From assembly GCA_049965555.1 (NCBI GenBank), contig JBMFWF010000002.1, positions 26,751-90,750 on the forward strand: a DNA stretch of 64,000 bases, read 5' to 3'. A model generated the notes under the pieces. That model searched no databases and was not told where the DNA came from. It saw only the letters and a list, made by a program, of their open reading frames with translations. How positions within the stretch are numbered: the stretch's first letter is position 1; every line of letters starts with the position of its first letter. This DNA is from Candidatus Parvarchaeum sp. (lineage in GTDB: Archaea; Nanobdellota; Nanobdellia; Parvarchaeales; Parvarchaeaceae). Position numbers and translations under genes: made by a program. This document shows positions 56,727-64,000 of this stretch, in pieces.

Positions 56727-59021
56727 TTGATGGAAATTAACCTAAATAAATTCAGTGATATTATAGATAAACACCATAAAAAGATAATTATTATATGGAT
56801 AGCCATTTTTCTTATCTCCATACCTATAGCAGTTCACCTCTTTAGTGTAGTTTCATATAATGTAACTGGAAATTCCTCTAACAATAATGCAAGCAATGGT
56901 CGAAACCTGCAATTGATCGTAAGTGTAAGCAATAACTCCTACTCAAACAGCACAAAAGAATTTTTTGAAAATATCTCAAACGACTTTGCTTACAAGAATA
57001 TAACGTCTTTGTATTCAATTGAATATGGGCTTTTGAATTCAACATATTATAGTATACAGAAAAATGCGGAACTTGCGCTAGATTCTGTATATATGAAGTA
57101 TAACCTTTCTTCTAAAACCGTACCTAAAAGCTTAAACAACACGATAATAGCAAATGTTGCGGAAAATATAAAAAATCAGCTTAACAATTCAGAAATAATT
57201 GAAAGAAATTCAGCATATAACTTTATAGTGGGAATTATAAAGGGATATTACAACTCCTCTCCTTTATACATAATAAATAATTACAATTTTACCAATTACC
57301 CTATAGTACCAAACGCGAATGAAACTGTAACCCTTATAAATTACAACCACACTACAATGCTTTCAACAGTAAACAATTCTAACTATTCTTTTGTAAATTC
57401 ATATATCGGCAAAATCTCAAAAAATTACGGCGTTACGGCATACGTAACTGGTTCCAGCGGGTTAAGCAGCAACATAGAAAGCGAAACTAACTTTGGCACT
57501 TTTCTTGCAATTGCAATTGGGATCCTAATGGTTATAATAGTAACTGGATTGATATTTCGTTCGCCTATAGCTGCATTTGTGCCGCTTATGGTGTATGGAG
57601 TAGACCTTACAATTGCATTTTCAGTGTTTTATATTATATACCACATAATTCTAAAAAGCACTGTTTCATTTTTTGATCCGGCACTTGCAGCAATACTTAT
57701 GCTTGGGATCTCAACTGATTACTTAGTATACATGCTATACAGATTCAAACAGGAACTAAGAAAAGACCATAGAAAAAGTGTAAAAATCAGCATTGGAGGA
57801 GCAGGTGCAGCAATACTTGTAAGCGGCACTACTGTAGTATTAGCATACAGTATACTGTCGGGATTTAACCTAGCATTTCTTGGATCCACTGGAATCCTAG
57901 ATTCAGTTGGAGTGTTTATAGTTCTTTTGTCAGCACTTACGTTTATGCCTTCTATTTTAATATCTATGGGAAAGAAAGTATTCTACCCAAATTTTAAACC
58001 GGGTTTCTCATTCGAGAATTCATTCACCAGATTAGCGCATTTTAACTACAAAAACAGATATTTTATAATATCAATTTTTATTGTAATAATTGCGATTGCT
58101 GCCTATTTCTTTGTAGTATACCATCCGGGATTAAATTTTCTAGGGTTACTTCCAAACTCGGAATCAAAAACCGCATTTTACATAGCTACAAACAACTTTA
58201 AATTCGACCCGATAGACCCTCTTATAATAACAATAAACAATACACCAAACATAAACGAAACGGGAATTTACAACTCAATAAAAGCAATGAAAGGAGTAAG
58301 CTACACTCAATTAACAAAAGGAAACAATTCCATGAAGATATTAACATACTTAAAACCACTTGGATTCACTACTCCGGCATTAAACGATTACAACAACATA
58401 AACAATTACCTAGAAAAAAGCAATGTAAACTACAGCATTAATGGGTTACAAGTATTCCTAGGCAGTGCAGTCAAAACTATGAATGGTGATGTTCCATTAC
58501 TGATACTCTCCTTGGGAGCCATGGTTTTCGTAGTATTGTTTATCATCCTTTTCTCGATATATACTCCCTTGCGCTTAGTTTTACTCATAATAGCTAATGT
58601 TATAGCTGCAAATGGAGTTACGCTTTTAATATTCCATTATATATTGTCCCTGCCTTTCATTTCAATTGCCCAGGTATTCCTTATAACGAGCATAATGGGG
58701 GTGGGCGTAGACTACGACATATTTTTAGTCATGAGGATAAGAGAGTATGTAAAAGAAGGCAAAAACAACTTCGAAGCTATAAAAATGGGACTTGTGAAAA
58801 GCGGGCCAATAGTTGCTAGCATAGGTATAATCTTTTCAATAGTGTTTCTGTCTCTTTTATCAAGCGGTGTTCCAATAATAGAAGAGGTCGGATTTATAGT
58901 AGCGGTAGGGATTCTGATTGATTCTGTTTTATCAGTATTATTTATAGTTCCTTCTATAATGTTTTTGCTGCAAAGGTATAATTGGTGGCCGGGCCTTAAG
59001 GAATATGAACATAATAAATAA
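56727..59021 (+). CDS. MMPL/RND-family transporter
   Basis: Two repeats of TM + external loop + 5 TM; YVTG, FRSPIAA.VPL, GISTDYLVYM..RF, GVGVDYDIFLV.RIRE. Confidence 0.92.
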   Translation: MMEINLNKFSDIIDKHHKKIIIIWIAIFLISIPIAVHLFSVVSYNVTGNSSNNNASNGRNLQLIVSVSNNSYSNSTKEFFENISNDFAYKNITSLYSIEYGLLNSTYYSIQKNAELALDSVYMKYNLSSKTVPKSLNNTIIANVAENIKNQLNNSEIIERNSAYNFIVGIIKGYYNSSPLYIINNYNFTNYPIVPNANETVTLINYNHTTMLSTVNNSNYSFVNSYIGKISKNYGVTAYVTGSSGLSSNIESETNFGTFLAIAIGILMVIIVTGLIFRSPIAAFVPLMVYGVDLTIAFSVFYIIYHIILKSTVSFFDPALAAILMLGISTDYLVYMLYRFKQELRKDHRKSVKISIGGAGAAILVSGTTVVLAYSILSGFNLAFLGSTGILDSVGVFIVLLSALTFMPSILISMGKKVFYPNFKPGFSFENSFTRLAHFNYKNRYFIISIFIVIIAIAAYFFVVYHPGLNFLGLLPNSESKTAFYIATNNFKFDPIDPLIITINNTPNINETGIYNSIKAMKGVSYTQLTKGNNSMKILTYLKPLGFTTPALNDYNNINNYLEKSNVNYSINGLQVFLGSAVKTMNGDVPLLILSLGAMVFVVLFIILFSIYTPLRLVLLIIANVIAANGVTLLIFHYILSLPFISIAQVFLITSIMGVGVDYDIFLVMRIREYVKEGKNNFEAIKMGLVKSGPIVASIGIIFSIVFLSLLSSGVPIIEEVGFIVAVGILIDSVLSVLFIVPSIMFLLQRYNWWPGLKEYEHNK

Positions 59022-59769
59022 GATGATCGAAAAAATAAAGAGAGAAAGAATAATAAAAACAGAGAAAGATGATAAAAAAACCTTAACATTAACAAGAGGC
59101 CCTGAAGGGATAAGCGTCAAATTTAATGGGATAACATATTCGAGGAGGGCTGAGAAAGGGATATTTACAGGTTCTTACTGGGACTACTTCACCCCATTGC
59201 CTTTGCTCTATGATAAACCAAATATACTTATGATAGGTTTGGGCGGTGGAACAATTGTTTACCAGATAAACAGGCTGTATGGCAGAAAAGTAAACATGGA
59301 TGTAGTTGAGATAGATGAGAAGATGGTTAAGCTGGCGAAGGATTTTATACCTGAAGACATAAAGAAAATAAACCTATTTGTAGAAGACGGAATAGAATTC
59401 CTCAAAAAAAGCAAGAAAAAATATGAATTAGTGTTTTTAGATGCTTATGACGGAGATAAAATACCGGATGACTTTCTTGATGAAAAAACCATTTCTTGCA
59501 TAGATAATGTCCTTACCGATAACGGAGTGCTGGCCATAAACTATGCGATGAGCTTCAAGGCCATAGTGTTCTTCCAAAATTATATAAGTAAACTTAAGAA
59601 ACACTTCAAAGTATACCTCGTTAATAATCCCCTAGGGTCGGGAAATACAATAATCCTATGCAGCAAAAAAATGGACAAAACGGAGTTATTGGGAAAGATA
59701 AACAATATGAAAAAGGAAAATGACAATATACACGTAATAAAAGGATATAATAACATGAGCAACGGCTAA
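59005..59769 (+). CDS. Spermidine-synthase-like SAM-dependent transferase
   Basis: ILMIGLGGGT, VVEIDE, EDG.EF, FLDAY, GVLAIN. Confidence 0.8.
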   Translation: MNIINKMIEKIKRERIIKTEKDDKKTLTLTRGPEGISVKFNGITYSRRAEKGIFTGSYWDYFTPLPLLYDKPNILMIGLGGGTIVYQINRLYGRKVNMDVVEIDEKMVKLAKDFIPEDIKKINLFVEDGIEFLKKSKKKYELVFLDAYDGDKIPDDFLDEKTISCIDNVLTDNGVLAINYAMSFKAIVFFQNYISKLKKHFKVYLVNNPLGSGNTIILCSKKMDKTELLGKINNMKKENDNIHVIKGYNNMSNG

Positions 59770-59799
59770 TATTTATCCAATAACCGTTATTAAAGATAA

Positions 59800-61269
59800 A
59801 TGGAAGTACAGGAGATAAGAAATTCATTAAAAGAAACTGATAAGAATACTTGGGAGTCAAAAAAGGCAGGCAATGTCCCTATAAAAGTATACGCAAATAA
59901 AAACCTCTTAAAAAAGATGGAAGATGAGGTGTTTAAACAGGCAGCAAACGCTGCTTCTTTGCCTGGCATATTAAAATATTCTTACTTATTCAGCGATGCT
60001 CATATTGGTTATGGGGTACCAGTAGGCTGGGCCGGTGCCTTTGATTTAAATGAAGGGATAATCTCTCCAGGAGCAATAGGTTTTGATATAAATTGCGGTA
60101 TGCGTCTTATAAAAACTAACTTAACTTTAAAGGAAGTTAAACCACGGATAAAAGAATTAGTTGACAGATTATTTAAAATGGTGCCTGCCGGAGTAGGCTC
60201 TAACTCTCCGAATATGCTTACAGGCTTAAAAGCATTGACTAAATCTGATTTAAAAGAAATATCTGAAGAAGGAGTAGATTGGGCTATAAGAAAGGGATAT
60301 GCTACAAAAAAAGACAAGCAAAGAATTGAAGAACAGGGTAGGGTAAATTCAGCAGATTTTTCAAAGGTAAGTGAAGATGCATTTAAAAGAGGAAAGCAAC
60401 AGCTGGGAACGCTTGGATCTGGAAACCATTACCTTGAAATTCAAGTAGTAAACCAGGATTTCAATAGAGAGATAGCTAATTTACTTGATTTAGATGTAAT
60501 CAAAGAACAAGTAGTTGTGATGTTCCATACCGGTTCAAGAGGCTTTGGCCACCAGATAGCAAGTGATTACATTAAAAAGTTCTTAGAGTACTCCTCTAAA
60601 AACGGAATAGCTTTAAAAGACAGGCAGTTGGCTTATGCCCCTTTTAATTCTGAGGAAGGCCAGGAATACTTCAAGGCAATGTCTTGTGGGATAAATTTTG
60701 CTTTCGTTAACAGACAAATAATAAATTATCAGATAAGAGAAGCATTCAAGGACGTATTTAAAAGAAGCGAGAAAGATCTGGGTTTAGAGGTGGTTTATGA
60801 CGTTTCTCACAATACTGCAAAAATAGAGGAATACACTGTTGAAAACAAAAAAATGAATGTGATAATACACAGGAAAGGAGCAACAAGAAGCTTTGGCTCC
60901 GGAAACAAGGAACTGAAAGGTGTCCTCAAAAGAACAGGCCAGCCGGTAATAGTTGGCGGAAGCATGGAGACTGGCTCTTATCTTTGTATTGGAACAAAAA
61001 AGGCAGAAGAAGAAAGCTTTGGCACTACTTTGCATGGGAGCGGCAGAACAATGAGCAGAGTCGCGGCAAGAAGTTCTATAAACGCTAGTAAACTGCTTGA
61101 AAACATGAAAGCGAAGGAGATATATGTAAAAGGAAATAGTATAACCGGCTTGACAGAGGAAGGAGGTTCAGCATACAAAGATATAAATGAAGTTGTAGAT
61201 TCAATGGATAAAGCAGGTATAAGTCTAAAGGTTCTCAGCTTAAAACCCATAGGGAACATCAAAGGATAA
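59800..61269 (+). CDS. rtcB: tRNA-splicing ligase RtcB
   Basis: DAHIGYG.PVG, GFDINCG, LGSGNHYLE, HTGSRG, HRKGATR, HGSGR, AYKDI. Confidence 0.97.
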   Translation: MEVQEIRNSLKETDKNTWESKKAGNVPIKVYANKNLLKKMEDEVFKQAANAASLPGILKYSYLFSDAHIGYGVPVGWAGAFDLNEGIISPGAIGFDINCGMRLIKTNLTLKEVKPRIKELVDRLFKMVPAGVGSNSPNMLTGLKALTKSDLKEISEEGVDWAIRKGYATKKDKQRIEEQGRVNSADFSKVSEDAFKRGKQQLGTLGSGNHYLEIQVVNQDFNREIANLLDLDVIKEQVVVMFHTGSRGFGHQIASDYIKKFLEYSSKNGIALKDRQLAYAPFNSEEGQEYFKAMSCGINFAFVNRQIINYQIREAFKDVFKRSEKDLGLEVVYDVSHNTAKIEEYTVENKKMNVIIHRKGATRSFGSGNKELKGVLKRTGQPVIVGGSMETGSYLCIGTKKAEEESFGTTLHGSGRTMSRVAARSSINASKLLENMKAKEIYVKGNSITGLTEEGGSAYKDINEVVDSMDKAGISLKVLSLKPIGNIKG

Positions 61270-61691
61270 TGGAAAGATACAGAATGCTTAAAGACGAGGC
61301 AACTGCAGATATAGCATTTATAGCGTACGGCAAAACGCTAAATGAACTTTTTAGGAACATAGCTATAGCGGTATCCAATGTTATGGTTTTAAACGTTAAA
61401 AGGAAGGGGGACAAAAAAATAAAGTTTAGGATACATTCAAAAAATCTGGATTATCTTGTAGTAGACTTCATAAACAAGATAATATTCTACAAAGACTACA
61501 AAAACATACTTATTACCGACGCCAAAGTAGAGATAGACGAAAAACTAAACCTAAAATGCCATGCTACAGGAGAAAAGCTGGAAAAACTGAAAGACAATTT
61601 CTTAGCGGATGTAAAAGCGGCTACTCTTCATGATCTTACAATAAAAAATGAAAAAGGATTAATTAGATGCAAGATAGTCTTAGATGTATGA
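61269..61691 (+). CDS. Archease (RtcB cofactor)
   Basis: TADIAF.AYGKTL.ELF, VKAATLH, C-terminal LDV. Confidence 0.93.
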   Translation: MERYRMLKDEATADIAFIAYGKTLNELFRNIAIAVSNVMVLNVKRKGDKKIKFRIHSKNLDYLVVDFINKIIFYKDYKNILITDAKVEIDEKLNLKCHATGEKLEKLKDNFLADVKAATLHDLTIKNEKGLIRCKIVLDV

Positions 61692-62788
61692 AAAAAATAC
61701 TGTCTGTTCATTATGATGAAATAGCTTTAAAAGGAAAACAAAGAGGATATTTTCAATCTCTTCTTATAAAAAACATAAATGAAAAAATAAATAAACGGAT
61801 CAAAGCAGTTGAAAGTAGGCTTGTTTTGGAGGATTACAACTTAGATGACATAAACAAGCTGAAATTAACTCCTGGTGTAGCATGGATCAGCGAAGCTTAC
61901 AGCATTGACAGAGATGAAGTAGAACTGCTTGAATTAATAGATAAAATAGTGGGAGAAAACAAGAACGTAAACATTGATGTTAAAAGAGTTGACAAAGGGT
62001 ATAATAAAACATCCTTGAAATTAAAGGAAGAACTTGCAAAAAACTTAAAATTAAGATTCGACAAGAATGGTAAAAAGATAAGGATAGAAATAATGAATGA
62101 TTCGTTCATAGTAAATTACAGCATAGAAAGAGGCATAGGAGGTCTTCCAGTAGGCAGCTCTGGAAAACTGCTGTCATTGTTCTCGGGAGGCATAGACTCG
62201 GCTATAGCGCCATTGGAAATGATGAAAAGGGGAGCGAAGGTAGATCTGTTGCATGTTTATGCATTGAATTCGCCCGACTTCGCACTTCAAAGCAAGATAA
62301 AAACAATAGCAGAGAAATTAAGCGGGATAGAATCAGGCTTGACACTTTATCTTGTGCCATTCCATTATTTTAGCGTAGCCGCATTAAAGATAGATAAAAG
62401 ATATGAGCTTGTGCTTTTTAAAAGGTTCTTGTTAAGATTAGCAGAGGAAATAAGCAGTGAAAGAGGATATTTGGCGATAGTAACAGGAGATGCACTGTCG
62501 CAGGTTGCATCTCAAACAATAGAGAACATAAATGCCATAAGCTTTGGCATTCAGTTACCGGTTTTCAGGCCATTCATAGGCTATAATAAAGGTGAGATAA
62601 TAGAGAAATCTATAAGATATGGATTTTATGACATTTCCATAGAGGATTACAAAGACTGCTGCTCGATAGTATCAAACAACCCTGCTACTAAATCAAATCC
62701 TGAAACCATAAAAAAACTGGAAAATGATATAGAAATGGATAAGATAATAAAAGACAGCTTAAAGGAGCTAAAAACCGTCAAACTATAG
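61688..62788 (+). CDS. thiI: tRNA 4-thiouridine synthase ThiI (no rhodanese domain; start placed at ATG 61688)
   Basis: YDEIALKGKQR, GGLPVGSSG, SGGIDS PP-loop, GDALSQVASQT, RPFIG..K.EI, DCC. Confidence 0.93.
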   Translation: MKKILSVHYDEIALKGKQRGYFQSLLIKNINEKINKRIKAVESRLVLEDYNLDDINKLKLTPGVAWISEAYSIDRDEVELLELIDKIVGENKNVNIDVKRVDKGYNKTSLKLKEELAKNLKLRFDKNGKKIRIEIMNDSFIVNYSIERGIGGLPVGSSGKLLSLFSGGIDSAIAPLEMMKRGAKVDLLHVYALNSPDFALQSKIKTIAEKLSGIESGLTLYLVPFHYFSVAALKIDKRYELVLFKRFLLRLAEEISSERGYLAIVTGDALSQVASQTIENINAISFGIQLPVFRPFIGYNKGEIIEKSIRYGFYDISIEDYKDCCSIVSNNPATKSNPETIKKLENDIEMDKIIKDSLKELKTVKL

Positions 62789-63602
62789 TGCGTATTGTAT
62801 TCAACCTAGAATAATCATATATAAACAGCTGAGCATACCCTGCGTATCTTCCAAAATAATCGACCATTGCCTTTCTCTTATCTTTATAGCTTTTTGCCCT
62901 TCCAAGGATATTACTGTAATAAAGCGACAATGTCCGCAAAATCCATACATCCATTGGAAAAGCAGAAAGATTGTGCATACCATAAAGAAATATGCAATCC
63001 AGTACCTTCTCCCCTATGCCGTTTATATTAATTAAGGCCTTACCGATTTCTTCTTCTGCGAAACTTTCGTCCACCTCATTCTTATAGAAGTATTCTGCTG
63101 CTGAAAATACAAACCTGGTTCTAAAGCCAAGATTAAACTGCTTTAGCTTATCATACCCATTTTCGTAGATATTTTCAAACGAAGGGAAACTCTTTATTAT
63201 TTTGCCGTTTATCTCTCCATCTATTCCATAATAATCAGACATTGCCTTTATCCTTCTCAAAATAAGATTAACGTTAGATTGAATTGAAAGGACAAAACCT
63301 AAAGTTGCCGGCCATATTCCGCTTTTTACTACGCGTAAAGAACCCGAGTATTTTATAGCTTTGTCTATAAAGTCATCTTTATCAACTTCTGCCTTTATCT
63401 CATTAATAGGGTCATTAAGCCCTAATAGTTCCTTGACATGGCTTTCATCTAAACCAGAGTACACTAATTTATTACCATCTTGTCTTATTTCCAGAGGTTT
63501 ATCCACAAAGGAATACCAATTATTGCCCTCCTTGAAAAAAGTGAATATCTGCCCAGAATTCAATGTTCTATCCAGGGAAAAATCCTTTACTTCTGTCATC
63601 AT
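62778..63602 (-). CDS. ogg: 8-oxoguanine DNA glycosylase (Ogg1-type HhH-GPD)
   Basis: TLNSGQIF, LGFR, INGIGEKVLDCIFLYG, AFPMDVW, FGRYAGYAQLF. Confidence 0.9.
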   Translation of the reverse strand: MMTEVKDFSLDRTLNSGQIFTFFKEGNNWYSFVDKPLEIRQDGNKLVYSGLDESHVKELLGLNDPINEIKAEVDKDDFIDKAIKYSGSLRVVKSGIWPATLGFVLSIQSNVNLILRRIKAMSDYYGIDGEINGKIIKSFPSFENIYENGYDKLKQFNLGFRTRFVFSAAEYFYKNEVDESFAEEEIGKALININGIGEKVLDCIFLYGMHNLSAFPMDVWILRTLSLYYSNILGRAKSYKDKRKAMVDYFGRYAGYAQLFIYDYSRLNTIRTIV

Positions 63603-63663
63603 AATAGTTATAATTTAAAATAAACATACTTATATTTAACAATAAATTTATAGTTAAATCAAT

Positions 63664-63747
63664 GCTGGGTTGGCTGAGCGGTTAAAGCGCTGGCCTTGAG
63701 AGCCAGTTGGGATTTTCCCTGCGTAGGTTCGAATCCTGCACCCAGCG
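63664..63747 (+). tRNA. tRNA-Ser(TGA)
   Basis: GCTGGGT/ACCCAGC acceptor stem, CTGGC-CT-TGA-GA-GCCAG, variable arm GGGATTTTCCC, GTTCGAATC. Confidence 0.95.
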
Positions 63748-63842
63748 ATTATTAATATAAAAGAACAGGTAATTTAGTAATCAAAATAAAATTTTAAGTT
63801 TTAAACTAAATATAATTTATAGATTGACAAATGCAATTAAAA

Positions 63843-64000
63843 TCAATTAGAAATCGAATATACATAAACAAACTGATTGTTTGGGTCCCCACTTATATAA
63901 ACATCTCCGGTTTTATTACTATAGGATATGCCGTTTGGAGTAAAATTCAAACCAATAGTGTATATAACTTTGTTATCTGCTGTATTAATTACACTCGTAG
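63843..64000 (-). CDS. C-terminal end of a YVTN/YncE-like beta-propeller protein (5' part outside the window)
   Basis: Manual translation ...TSVINTADNKVIYTIGLNFTPNGISYSNKTGDVYISG...stop at 63843; SVI.....V..TI.....P.GI repeat pattern. Confidence 0.65.
   Translation of the reverse strand, partial: TSVINTADNKVIYTIGLNFTPNGISYSNKTGDVYISGDPNNQFVYVYSISN

Overview
AT-rich, gene-dense archaeal chromosomal segment. Most likely a DPANN nanoarchaeon from an acidic habitat (Parvarchaeota/ARMAN-like); this is inferred from gene content: Alba, GatDE, split RpoB, zinc ferredoxin, parvulin, a split gene and very short intergenic spaces. It is mostly housekeeping: aIF2-gamma/eS6, FtsZ, GatDE, ThrRS, TyrRS, ABCE1, the rpoH-B''-B'-A'-A''-eL30-nusA-uS12-uS7 operon, Mre11/Rad50, three DNA glycosylases, a tandem ThyX, RtcB-archease-ThiI, and six tRNAs (two Leu genes with BHB-type introns). 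I see no rRNA, CRISPR array, integrase or transposase. The most notable items are: (1) an operon of two degenerate KaiC/RecA-fold domains, one fused to an intact MglA-like small GTPase, plus a Roadblock protein, next to pilin-like genes; (2) Dph2 split into two genes about 42 kb apart, with its three Fe-S cysteines divided between them; (3) a coiled-coil-interrupted metal TIM-barrel gene coupled to an MNT-HEPN-like fusion; (4) a DsrE plus cysteine-less TusA-like pair; (5) an aIF2-gamma with non-canonical G motifs; (6) an eL41-like ORF missed by the ORF track and a frameshifted mscS. All protein calls come from motif recognition by eye, not from database searches.
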